A stretch of DNA of 55,694 bases, taken from assembly GCA_963923445.1 (NCBI GenBank), contig CAWUNZ010000001.1, forward strand, positions 1-55,694, written 5' to 3'. The DNA is from an uncultured bacterium. Lineage in GTDB: Bacteria; Planctomycetota; Planctomycetia; Gemmatales; Gemmataceae. Of the stretch, positions 48,843 through 55,694 are shown in pieces (the first letter of the stretch is position 1; every line of letters starts with the position of its first letter). Position numbers and translations under genes: made by a program. A model generated the notes under the pieces. That model was not told the DNA's origin. It saw nothing but the letters and a program-made list of their open reading frames with translations, and did no database searches.

Positions 48843-49301
48843 TCAGTTGTCGAACTGGATCTTGGAGATGTTGACTTCCGGCAGGTCGTCCCCGAGGCGC
48901 GGCACATCTCCCAGATGCGTGTAACGGGAGGCCAGGGCGCGGGGTTCCCAATCCGGTTGCTCCTCTTTTTCGCGCTGGCAGTCGATGCACAAGGAGGAGT
49001 AAGGCAACGCGTTGAGGCGCTTGGCGGAGATTTTTCCGCCACATCCCTCACATCGGCCATAGGTGCCCTTTTTGAGGCGAAGAAGGGCTTGGTCAATCTC
49101 GGTGAGTTCCTCGGAATCGCGTTCCGCCAATGTCGAGTTGATCTCGTCATTGTCGGAGTCGAACGCGGCGTCGGCCTCGTCGCGGCTTCCGCCTTGGCTC
49201 CCGCCCAAGCCGGTCATGTCGGAACTAAGCTGGCTGAGCAATTCCTCGCGTCGAGCCAGAAGGCTGTTGTAAAGACGAAGCAAGGCATCACGGCGAATCA
49301 T
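48843..49301 (-). CDS. DksA/TraR family C4-type zinc-finger protein
   Basis: Coiled-coil N-terminus plus CEGCGGKISAKRLNALPYSSLCIDC (CxxC-17-CxxC). It carries an unusual ~40-aa acidic C-terminal tail. Confidence 0.85.
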   Translation of the reverse strand: MIRRDALLRLYNSLLARREELLSQLSSDMTGLGGSQGGSRDEADAAFDSDNDEINSTLAERDSEELTEIDQALLRLKKGTYGRCEGCGGKISAKRLNALPYSSLCIDCQREKEEQPDWEPRALASRYTHLGDVPRLGDDLPEVNISKIQFDN

Positions 49302-49500
49302 GTTGCACCCCCCATTCGTGGCCGCCAGGGCGGCCGACGCGTCGGAAAGGGGCCCGATCCAGTGTCCGCTGACTCAACCCCCCGCGACTGTCGGCCTGAC
49401 GGCTTGGCAATCTGCTGAAATCTATGCGACGAACCCGCCCCGTGAGTTCGTTGGTTTGAAAAAAAAATCCAAGGGACTGAAATCGTGACGATTTTGCCGA

Positions 49501-50103
49501 TCAAATCGACTGTGAGCCCAGGAACAGGGCCTTGGCAAAGCTCTCCGGGTCGTTGCAGTTCAAAAACGATCCCAAGGAAGGGTCGATCGCACGAACCTCG
49601 GCTTCGGGGATGACCTCCGCCGACACGGCATCAAGAAGGTCAAACATTCGGCGCTTTCCGAATTTGAGCAAGGAATCCACAGTTTTTCCCAGTTCCGTTC
49701 CATAAGCACCCAAAAGCAGCTGGGGAACGCCGTCCACTTCGGGTACCACCAGAGGGGCATCCCTGGAAGCCACCAAGTGAATCAGTTTTTCCGAAAGCAG
49801 AGGGGCGTCGCAGGAGCATACGAATGCGCGGGAAACCCTTGGAGCCAGCCCTGAAAGACCGGTGGCCAATCCCCGCAACGGCCCTGAAAAACCGATGGGA
49901 TCGCGCAGCACCATGACGCTTTGCGGGAGCGCGGGCAGTTCTTGTTCGGGCCCAGCGGCAATGGCAAGGGGCGCCAAGCCGGCGCCCCCGAGGATTTCAA
50001 TCATGTGAACCAGCAGGGGACGGCCACGCCAATCGAGGAGGGCCTTGGAGGTCCCCATGCGTCGACTCGCGCCGCCGCAGAGGACCAACCCACCCAAGGT
50101 CAT
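49501..50103 (-). CDS. mobA: molybdenum cofactor guanylyltransferase
   Basis: MTLGGLVLCGGASRRMGTSKALL is the N-terminal MobA signature. ATG 50103 overlaps the upstream stop as ATGA (50100-50103). Confidence 0.85.
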   Translation of the reverse strand: MTLGGLVLCGGASRRMGTSKALLDWRGRPLLVHMIEILGGAGLAPLAIAAGPEQELPALPQSVMVLRDPIGFSGPLRGLATGLSGLAPRVSRAFVCSCDAPLLSEKLIHLVASRDAPLVVPEVDGVPQLLLGAYGTELGKTVDSLLKFGKRRMFDLLDAVSAEVIPEAEVRAIDPSLGSFLNCNDPESFAKALFLGSQSI

Positions 50104-51326
50104 TGAATGCTGAGACCCCAAAGACCCAGTGGTATGACCCGGCTGTACTGCTCACCCTCGAACTTGGCTGGAATGATGGGCTGGCCTTGCCCCTTGTTCC
50201 AAACCACCGCCCAGGATCGCATGTCACGCTTCTCGGAATCCTGCGCCACATGCTGGGTGTTGTATCCCTTCACATAATTTTGAATGAACCCGATCGTGGG
50301 CAGTTCCTTCCTGAGAAGTTTGCTTCCTGCCAAGTTGCTGTCCTTGATCGCCAGGATGTTTGTGAATTCCTGGTCTCCCACGGCAGGCTTGGCGGTTTCC
50401 TTGCCCTTGGCCATCGGCTTGGGCTTGTCGGGATCGAATCCGGGGCGAACCATCGCCAGGAAGTTCTTGGCTTCCTTCTTTGCGGCGTCATCCTTTTCGC
50501 CATGCACGAAGGCCATTTGAACGCGATCCTTGCCGCGCCTGAGGGTGATTTCCTTCAGCCACTGCTGCATGGGAACCGTTTGGCCCGCCACGCGAGGGCT
50601 GAGGTTGAGCCAGATCCCCGCAATAATGTCCTTGCCCTCCGGTTCGTAAATCTTCTTGATGCCGGTGGAGGTGACCACCTTGGGCCGAAACGGGTTTCCA
50701 CCGGGGCGGATCATCGGACCGCTCGAGACCAGTTCCACGCGCTTGCGGCTGAATTCCTGAGCCATCCAAAGCGCGCCGATCGTGGCACCCTCACCCGCGC
50801 CGATGACATAAAGGTCCGAGGAATTCAGCTCGCCACTGTCGTTCTTGGAGTCGAGGAAAGCCTTGGCGGCCGAGATGTCGTTGACCAAGTAGAAGAAGTA
50901 TTTCGCGGGAAACCGGGAGGCATCGATAAGGTTGGCCGTGTTGGCCTTGGGCACACCCAGCATCTTGTTGTGGGGATTGCCAACCTGACCGGTGGCCGGG
51001 TTTTCCGGCAGAGTGTTCCAAAAATCCTGGGAAACGCCCGTGCTTTCGCCATGACCGCGGAAATCGAAGGTCAAAACGGAATGGCCTTCGGCCTGAAGGG
51101 CGCCAGCCAAGTCGGCCCAGCCGTCCTGGACGCTGCTGCCACCCTTGCCCCTTTCAAAACTATGAAGGAAAAGAAAGGTGCTGCCCTTCTTCCCCTTGCT
51201 GCCGGGATAAAATTTGCCGATCAGCGTCACACCGTCGACCGTGTCGAACTTGACCTTGTCGGCCTTGGCCTCGGCGGCCTGGCCGGTCGCGAGGCCGACG
51301 ATCAACAACAGCGATGCGGCGGTCAT
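50100..51326 (-). CDS. secreted alpha/beta-hydrolase-fold protein, probably non-catalytic
   Basis: Signal peptide MTAASLLLIVGLATGQAAEA, then FLFLHSF...VLTFDFRGHGES. The nucleophile-elbow position reads LYVIGAGEGATIG (G-A-G-E-G instead of G-x-S-x-G). The C-terminal ~200 aa are unassigned. Confidence 0.72.
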   Translation of the reverse strand: MTAASLLLIVGLATGQAAEAKADKVKFDTVDGVTLIGKFYPGSKGKKGSTFLFLHSFERGKGGSSVQDGWADLAGALQAEGHSVLTFDFRGHGESTGVSQDFWNTLPENPATGQVGNPHNKMLGVPKANTANLIDASRFPAKYFFYLVNDISAAKAFLDSKNDSGELNSSDLYVIGAGEGATIGALWMAQEFSRKRVELVSSGPMIRPGGNPFRPKVVTSTGIKKIYEPEGKDIIAGIWLNLSPRVAGQTVPMQQWLKEITLRRGKDRVQMAFVHGEKDDAAKKEAKNFLAMVRPGFDPDKPKPMAKGKETAKPAVGDQEFTNILAIKDSNLAGSKLLRKELPTIGFIQNYVKGYNTQHVAQDSEKRDMRSWAVVWNKGQGQPIIPAKFEGEQYSRVIPLGLWGLSIQ

Positions 51327-51404
51327 GATTCTCTCCCGTGGTTGTTTCCCTATTAAAATCTAAGACGGCGTGCTTCGCCAATCAAGAAGCCGGTTTTTCG
51401 CCCA

Positions 51405-52709
51405 TCACGGTCCGACAATTCTCCCGAGAGCGTAATTCCGCTTGCCCTTTCGGACCAGCGCGAACCGCCCGTGCAGAAGGGTGTCACCCGGCAAGGGCGC
51501 CTGGAAAGCGTCCCGGGCCACCGGTCGGTTGTTGATGTAGACACCCCCGCCCTCCACATCCTTGCGCGCCTGACCCTTGCTGGATGACAGGCCCGAAAGG
51601 ACGAGCAGGTCAATCGGATGGATTCCGGCATTCCAACGGTCCTTGGGGATGTCGAACGCGGGCACCTCACCCGATAGTTCCTCAAGGGCCTCGGGCTTCA
51701 ACTGAGATGGGTCACCCCCGAAAAGCACGCCGCTGGCGGCCTCGGCCTCAAGGCGTGCCTGCTGCCCGTGGACAAGGTCGGTCACCGCGCGCGCCAGGGC
51801 GGCGTGGGCCTCGCGGGCCTCGGGCCTGGCGGCATGCGCCACTTCCAACCCCTCGATTTCCGCGCGGGACAGGAATGTGAAATATTTCAGATAGCGAATC
51901 ACATCGCGATCGTCGGCCCTGATCCAGAACTGGTAAAACCGGTAGACGCTGGTGCGGGCCGTGTCGAGCCAAACGGCGCCTGCCTCGGTCTTGCCGAACT
52001 TGGAACCGTCGGCATTGGTGATCAGGGGCATGGTCAAGCCGAACGCGTCGTCGAGTCCGCGCTTGCGGATCAAGTCGGTGCCGGCCGTGATGTTGCCCCA
52101 CTGGTCGCTGCCGCCAACCTGAAGCACGCACCCGTGTTCGGATCGCAAATGGTAAAAATCATAGGCCTGCAGGAGCATGTAGCTGAATTCCGTGTAGCTG
52201 ATGCCGACATCCCGGTCCTCCATGCGCTGGCGGACGCTTTCCTTCGCGACCATGGAATTGACGGTGAACGCCTTGCCGACATCCCGGAGGAATTCCAGGA
52301 AGGTGAATTTTCCCAGCCAGTCATGGTTGTTGAGCACCATGGCGGAGGTGGCGCCGGGTCTGAAATCGAGGAAGCGCGCCAACTGGGCGGAGACACCGCG
52401 TATATTCCGGTCGAGCGCCGCTGAATCGAGGAGGTTGCGTTCCTTCGACTTGCCGCTGGGGTCGCCGATCATTCCGGTGGCGCCACCCGCCAGGGCGATC
52501 GGGCGGTGTCCGGCAAGCTGGAAGCGCCTGAGAGCCAAAAGGGGCACCAGGCTGCCGACATGGAGGCTGTCTGCCGTGGGATCGAACCCGCAATAGAGGG
52601 TGACGGGCCCGGCCGCCAAGCGCCTGCCCAATTCCTCGGGATGGGTGCAGTCGGACACCAAGCCGCGCCAGGCCAGGTCTTCCAGCAAGCCAGGGTCGAG
52701 ATCTGCCAT
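51405..52709 (-). CDS. tyrS: tyrosine--tRNA ligase
   Basis: YCGFDPTADSLHVGSL (HIGH), KFGKT (KMSKS) and a C-terminal S4-like domain. ATG 52709 preferred over 52733. Confidence 0.95.
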   Translation of the reverse strand: MADLDPGLLEDLAWRGLVSDCTHPEELGRRLAAGPVTLYCGFDPTADSLHVGSLVPLLALRRFQLAGHRPIALAGGATGMIGDPSGKSKERNLLDSAALDRNIRGVSAQLARFLDFRPGATSAMVLNNHDWLGKFTFLEFLRDVGKAFTVNSMVAKESVRQRMEDRDVGISYTEFSYMLLQAYDFYHLRSEHGCVLQVGGSDQWGNITAGTDLIRKRGLDDAFGLTMPLITNADGSKFGKTEAGAVWLDTARTSVYRFYQFWIRADDRDVIRYLKYFTFLSRAEIEGLEVAHAARPEAREAHAALARAVTDLVHGQQARLEAEAASGVLFGGDPSQLKPEALEELSGEVPAFDIPKDRWNAGIHPIDLLVLSGLSSSKGQARKDVEGGGVYINNRPVARDAFQAPLPGDTLLHGRFALVRKGKRNYALGRIVGP

Positions 52710-52858
52710 CAGCCGCCTCCGGGACACGGCCAAACGGTCCCACCCGACCCGGGGCGGTTGCCAGGATCGGCCATGGCACTATTTTGACATTACTACGGCC
52801 AATGCGATACGGACAACCGCCGCTTGGCCGCACGATCGATCCGGCGGGTGAAATATTC

Positions 52859-53371
52859 ATGGATTTGGCTGCGTTCATTCGCGATGTTCCGGACTTTCCA
52901 AAACCGGGAATCCTTTTCAAGGACATCACCCCCCTTTTGGCCGATCCCCACGCCTTCACCCATGCCATCGACGCGATGACCATCTGGTGTCGGCCACGCA
53001 AGGTGGATGCCATCGCGGCAGCCGAGGCCCGCGGATTCCTGTTCGCGGCACCATTGGCCCTCAGGCTGGGCGTTCCTCTCATCCCTCTTCGCAAGCCCGG
53101 CAAGCTGCCGTACTTGAGCACTTCGGTTGAATACGCGCTCGAATACGGCACCAATTCGCTTCACATGCATGTCGACGCCATCAAGCCAGGCCAGAATGTG
53201 CTGATGGTGGACGACCTACTCGCCACGGGCGGAACCATGGCCGCCGCGGCCGAACTGATCCAAAAGGCCGGGGGACAGGTGGCCGGTTTCCTCTTCGCCA
53301 TTGAGTTGGCGTTTTTGGAAGGCCGGGTTCGGCTGGGCAAGCATCCCGTCCACGCGCTTCTGACCTACTGA
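52859..53371 (+). CDS. apt: adenine phosphoribosyltransferase
   Basis: [21 protein letters not shown] and the PRPP loop [16 protein letters not shown] at 52859. Confidence 0.93.
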   Translation: MDLAAFIRDVPDFPKPGILFKDITPLLADPHAFTHAIDAMTIWCRPRKVDAIAAAEARGFLFAAPLALRLGVPLIPLRKPGKLPYLSTSVEYALEYGTNSLHMHVDAIKPGQNVLMVDDLLATGGTMAAAAELIQKAGGQVAGFLFAIELAFLEGRVRLGKHPVHALLTY

Positions 53372-53418
53372 AACCATTGGCCGGGGCCTTTCCCCGGAAA
53401 ATCCGGGAGCAACCTCGC

Positions 53419-53814
53419 GTGAGCACCAAACAAGCACTCGAACCCGATTTCGCCAAGGGCGGCGGCATTATCCCCGCGGTGGCCCAGTGCCATCGCACGG
53501 GCCGGGTGCTGATGCTCGCCTACATGAACGAGGAATCGTGGAAGGAAACCCTGGCCTCGGGCCGGGCCGTGTACTTTTCCCGAAGTCGCAACCGCCTTTG
53601 GCGCAAGGGAGAGGAAAGCGGCCACTTCCAGGAAGTTCATTCCATTCAACTGGACTGTGACCGCGACACCATCCTCCTTCAGGTAGAACAGGTGGGCGGC
53701 GCCGCGTGCCATGAGGGGTATCCCTCATGCTTCTTCCGGAAACGCCTTGACGACGGTTCCATCCAGATCGTCGAGGAGCGGGTATTCGATCCGGCCAAGA
53801 TTTACCGAGTCTGA
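53419..53814 (+). CDS. hisI: phosphoribosyl-AMP cyclohydrolase (monofunctional HisI)
   Basis: [10 protein letters not shown]...[18 protein letters not shown]...DCDRDTILL...[11 protein letters not shown]. In-frame GTG 53419 is preceded by GGGAG at 9-nt spacing; the track start 53377 is TTG. Confidence 0.87.
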   Translation: MSTKQALEPDFAKGGGIIPAVAQCHRTGRVLMLAYMNEESWKETLASGRAVYFSRSRNRLWRKGEESGHFQEVHSIQLDCDRDTILLQVEQVGGAACHEGYPSCFFRKRLDDGSIQIVEERVFDPAKIYRV

Positions 53815-53832
53815 CACCCTAGCGAGACTGAC

Positions 53833-54723
53833 ATGAGCCAAGCCATCGCCCCCGGAGTCCTCAAGCTCGGCCTTCCCGCTGGAAGCCTTCAGGAAGCCAC
53901 CGCTGAACTGTTCCGCAAGGCAGGATACAAGATCACCTTCGCCAGTCGCAGCTATTACCCCTCGATAGATGATCCCGGCATTCATTGCACGCTGATCCGG
54001 GCCCAGGAAATGCCGCGGTATGTGCAGGACGGCCTGCTCGACTGCGGACTGACCGGACACGACTGGGTCCTGGAAAACGACGCCAAGGTGCATGAACTGG
54101 CCGAACTGGTTTTCAGCAAGGTCAGCCGCAAGCCGGTGCGCTGGGTCCTAGCCGTGCCCGAGGATTCACCGATCCGGTCGGTGAAGGACCTGCAAGGAAA
54201 GCGGATCGCCACGGAAGTGGTGCAACTCACCCGCCGCTGGCTTGCCAGTCATGGCGTGACCGCGCAGGTGGAATTCTCCTGGGGCGCCACCGAAGTGAAA
54301 CCGCCTCACCTTGCGGACGCCATTGTCGAGGTGACTGAAACAGGGAGTTCGCTTCGCGCCAACAAGCTGCGGATCGTTGAGGATCTTCTCCAGTCCACCA
54401 CCCGTTTCATCGCCTGCCCCAAGGCGATGGACGACCCGATGAAACGCCGAAAGATGGAGAACATCGTCCTCATGCTCAAGGGCGCCATGGCGGCCGAGGG
54501 CAAGGTGGGATTGATGATGAATGTCCCCCGCGAAGCGCTCGACCGTGTGCTGAAGGTTCTTCCCGCCCTTCAGACCCCCACGATCTCCAGCCTGGCGGAC
54601 TCCTCGTGGGCCGATGTGAACACGATCCTTGACGAGTCGCAGGTCCGAGACCTGGCTCCTCTGCTGAGGGAAGCGGGCGCGCGCGGCTTGGTTGAATACC
54701 CCATCAACAAGATCATCGACTAG
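53833..54723 (+). CDS. hisG: ATP phosphoribosyltransferase, long form
   Basis: [14 protein letters not shown]...[27 protein letters not shown]. At 296 aa it includes the C-terminal regulatory domain. Confidence 0.92.
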   Translation: MSQAIAPGVLKLGLPAGSLQEATAELFRKAGYKITFASRSYYPSIDDPGIHCTLIRAQEMPRYVQDGLLDCGLTGHDWVLENDAKVHELAELVFSKVSRKPVRWVLAVPEDSPIRSVKDLQGKRIATEVVQLTRRWLASHGVTAQVEFSWGATEVKPPHLADAIVEVTETGSSLRANKLRIVEDLLQSTTRFIACPKAMDDPMKRRKMENIVLMLKGAMAAEGKVGLMMNVPREALDRVLKVLPALQTPTISSLADSSWADVNTILDESQVRDLAPLLREAGARGLVEYPINKIID

Positions 54724-55370
54724 GCGCCTTCCAGGTCGGCCGGCCGGGGCAGGTCCTCGATCCGGTCGATCTGGAACAGCTTCAGGAACGCCGGGGTGGT
54801 GACATAGCCACCCTTGCTTCCCCCTTGCTGGGTCACAAGCCCCAACCTGACCAGTTGCCTGAGGGCCGGGCCCGTGTCGCCACCCTTGAGCGCGTCCACC
54901 GCGGCTCGTGTCACGGGTTGGCGAAAGGCCACGATGGCAAGCGCGTCGAGAAGGTTTCCCTCAATTCGCAAGGTGCGCGGTTCACCCCGCAGCCTATCCT
55001 CGATGGCCCCGTGGCGGGGCAGCAGGGCCATCTCGTAGCCGTCGTCACGCCTGCGGATCGCGTAAGGTCGGTTTTGGGCGCGGTAGCGGCGGTTGAGAGA
55101 GGAAACAGCCCGCTCAAAAGCCGGGGCGTCAAGGCCTGGAATCAGCCTCGACGCCAACTCGGGGTTCACGGGCCTGTCCCCCAGGAAAAGCAAACCCTCC
55201 AAAAGGACCGCCACGGAAGGAGGGGTTTCAGGAGCGTCGTCGCGGACTGATGGAATCGCTTCAGGCTCAACACTCTCGGGCGGCGGAGAGGTTTCGACCG
55301 GTTCCTCCGTTGGAGGCCAGTCGACACCCCAAGCCTCGAAATTCAAGCCAGGACCCAAGGGATCAGTCAT
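54720..55370 (-). CDS. scpB: segregation and condensation protein B
   Basis: [13 protein letters not shown]...[18 protein letters not shown]...LVRLGLV (tandem winged-helix ScpB pattern), with an acidic or Pro-rich N-terminal extension. Confidence 0.85.
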   Translation of the reverse strand: MTDPLGPGLNFEAWGVDWPPTEEPVETSPPPESVEPEAIPSVRDDAPETPPSVAVLLEGLLFLGDRPVNPELASRLIPGLDAPAFERAVSSLNRRYRAQNRPYAIRRRDDGYEMALLPRHGAIEDRLRGEPRTLRIEGNLLDALAIVAFRQPVTRAAVDALKGGDTGPALRQLVRLGLVTQQGGSKGGYVTTPAFLKLFQIDRIEDLPRPADLEGA

Positions 55371-55694
55371 GAGGCAAACCCAGCACCCCGGTCACCCATG
55401 TGCCGAGCCAAAGCACGCCAAAGACAACACCTAGCAACAAATGAGCCTTACGGGGTCCCCTGTAGCCGGTGTAGAGCATCACGGGCAGAAGGACGGCCGA
55501 GGGAACGGCGAAGAACAGGTGGATGCGAAGGCGGGCCGATTTTTCCGGGTCGGAAACGATGAAGTCGAAAACATCCGGCTGGATGACCCGGATCAATACC
55601 TCGAGAGCGCCCAATGTGGCGTATGTCAGGGCGAAGCAAACGGCATTGATCCGTCCATGCAACCGTGTCCTGCCCATCCACAGCGCGACCATCG
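55363..55694 (-). CDS. integral membrane protein (DUF420-like?), possibly truncated by window end
   Basis: Three hydrophobic helices with conserved-looking His residues (RIHLFF..., KAHLLLG). There is an ATG at 55692, but the window ends at 55694, so the true start is unknown. It overlaps the scpB start by 8 nt. Confidence 0.6.
   Translation of the reverse strand, partial: MVALWMGRTRLHGRINAVCFALTYATLGALEVLIRVIQPDVFDFIVSDPEKSARLRIHLFFAVPSAVLLPVMLYTGYRGPRKAHLLLGVVFGVLWLGTWVTGVLGLPHD

Noticed and set aside
48755-49150. The N-terminal 132-codon extension of the DUF1553 ORF.
   Set aside because: It overlaps the well-supported DksA/TraR gene (48843..49301) in another frame and has no signal peptide. 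The ATG at 48754 gives a normal signal sequence.
49459-49494. A run of nine A (T9 on the minus strand) plus a nearby 6-bp hairpin (AAATCG-TGA-CGATTT) as a mobA terminator.
   Set aside because: The hairpin and the T-run are 12 nt apart and the stem is weak and AT-rich, so this is not a convincing intrinsic terminator.

Overview
This is a 55.7-kb high-GC chromosomal segment that looks like Planctomycetota. That placement is an inference from family content: a DUF1559 prepilin-like protein, two DUF1501 + DUF1549/DUF1553 (PSCyt) gene pairs, PQQ-like propellers with the DWPxW/LRGP signature, and many ECF/TPR/HEAT proteins. I call about 50 CDS and one tRNA (anticodon CAU). I saw no rRNA, CRISPR array, transposase, integrase or phage genes. 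Most of the window is housekeeping: clpB-htrA, tyrS, apt, hisI, hisG, scpB, cysH, mobA, transaldolase, a UbiD-family decarboxylase and prolyl oligopeptidase. The rest is planctomycete-typical secreted or membrane proteins. The ORF track uses ATG, GTG and TTG starts and is often over-extended. I re-called starts where an in-frame Shine-Dalgarno (SD) sequence, a signal peptide or an ATGA stop/start overlap supports a shorter gene. The most unusual locus is a two-gene minus-strand cassette at 20815-21581. One gene encodes a small secreted protein made almost entirely of 11 vicinal Cys-Cys dipeptides spaced 6-7 residues apart. The upstream gene carries HVCC / ACCCC / PCC clusters. The cassette is divergent from a VanZ-like gene and insulated by a bidirectional terminator. 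I cannot assign it to any family I know. Other items worth a look: a perfect 25-bp inverted repeat whose arms are each tetraloop hairpins, in a low-GC divergent intergenic region (18084-18154); an ECF sigma / anti-sigma / secreted-protein chain joined by ATGA overlaps; an alpha/beta-hydrolase-fold protein whose nucleophile Ser appears replaced by Gly, translationally coupled to mobA; and a 963-aa Asp-box propeller / CBM9-like multidomain protein. All family calls rest on motif recognition by eye. No database search was possible.
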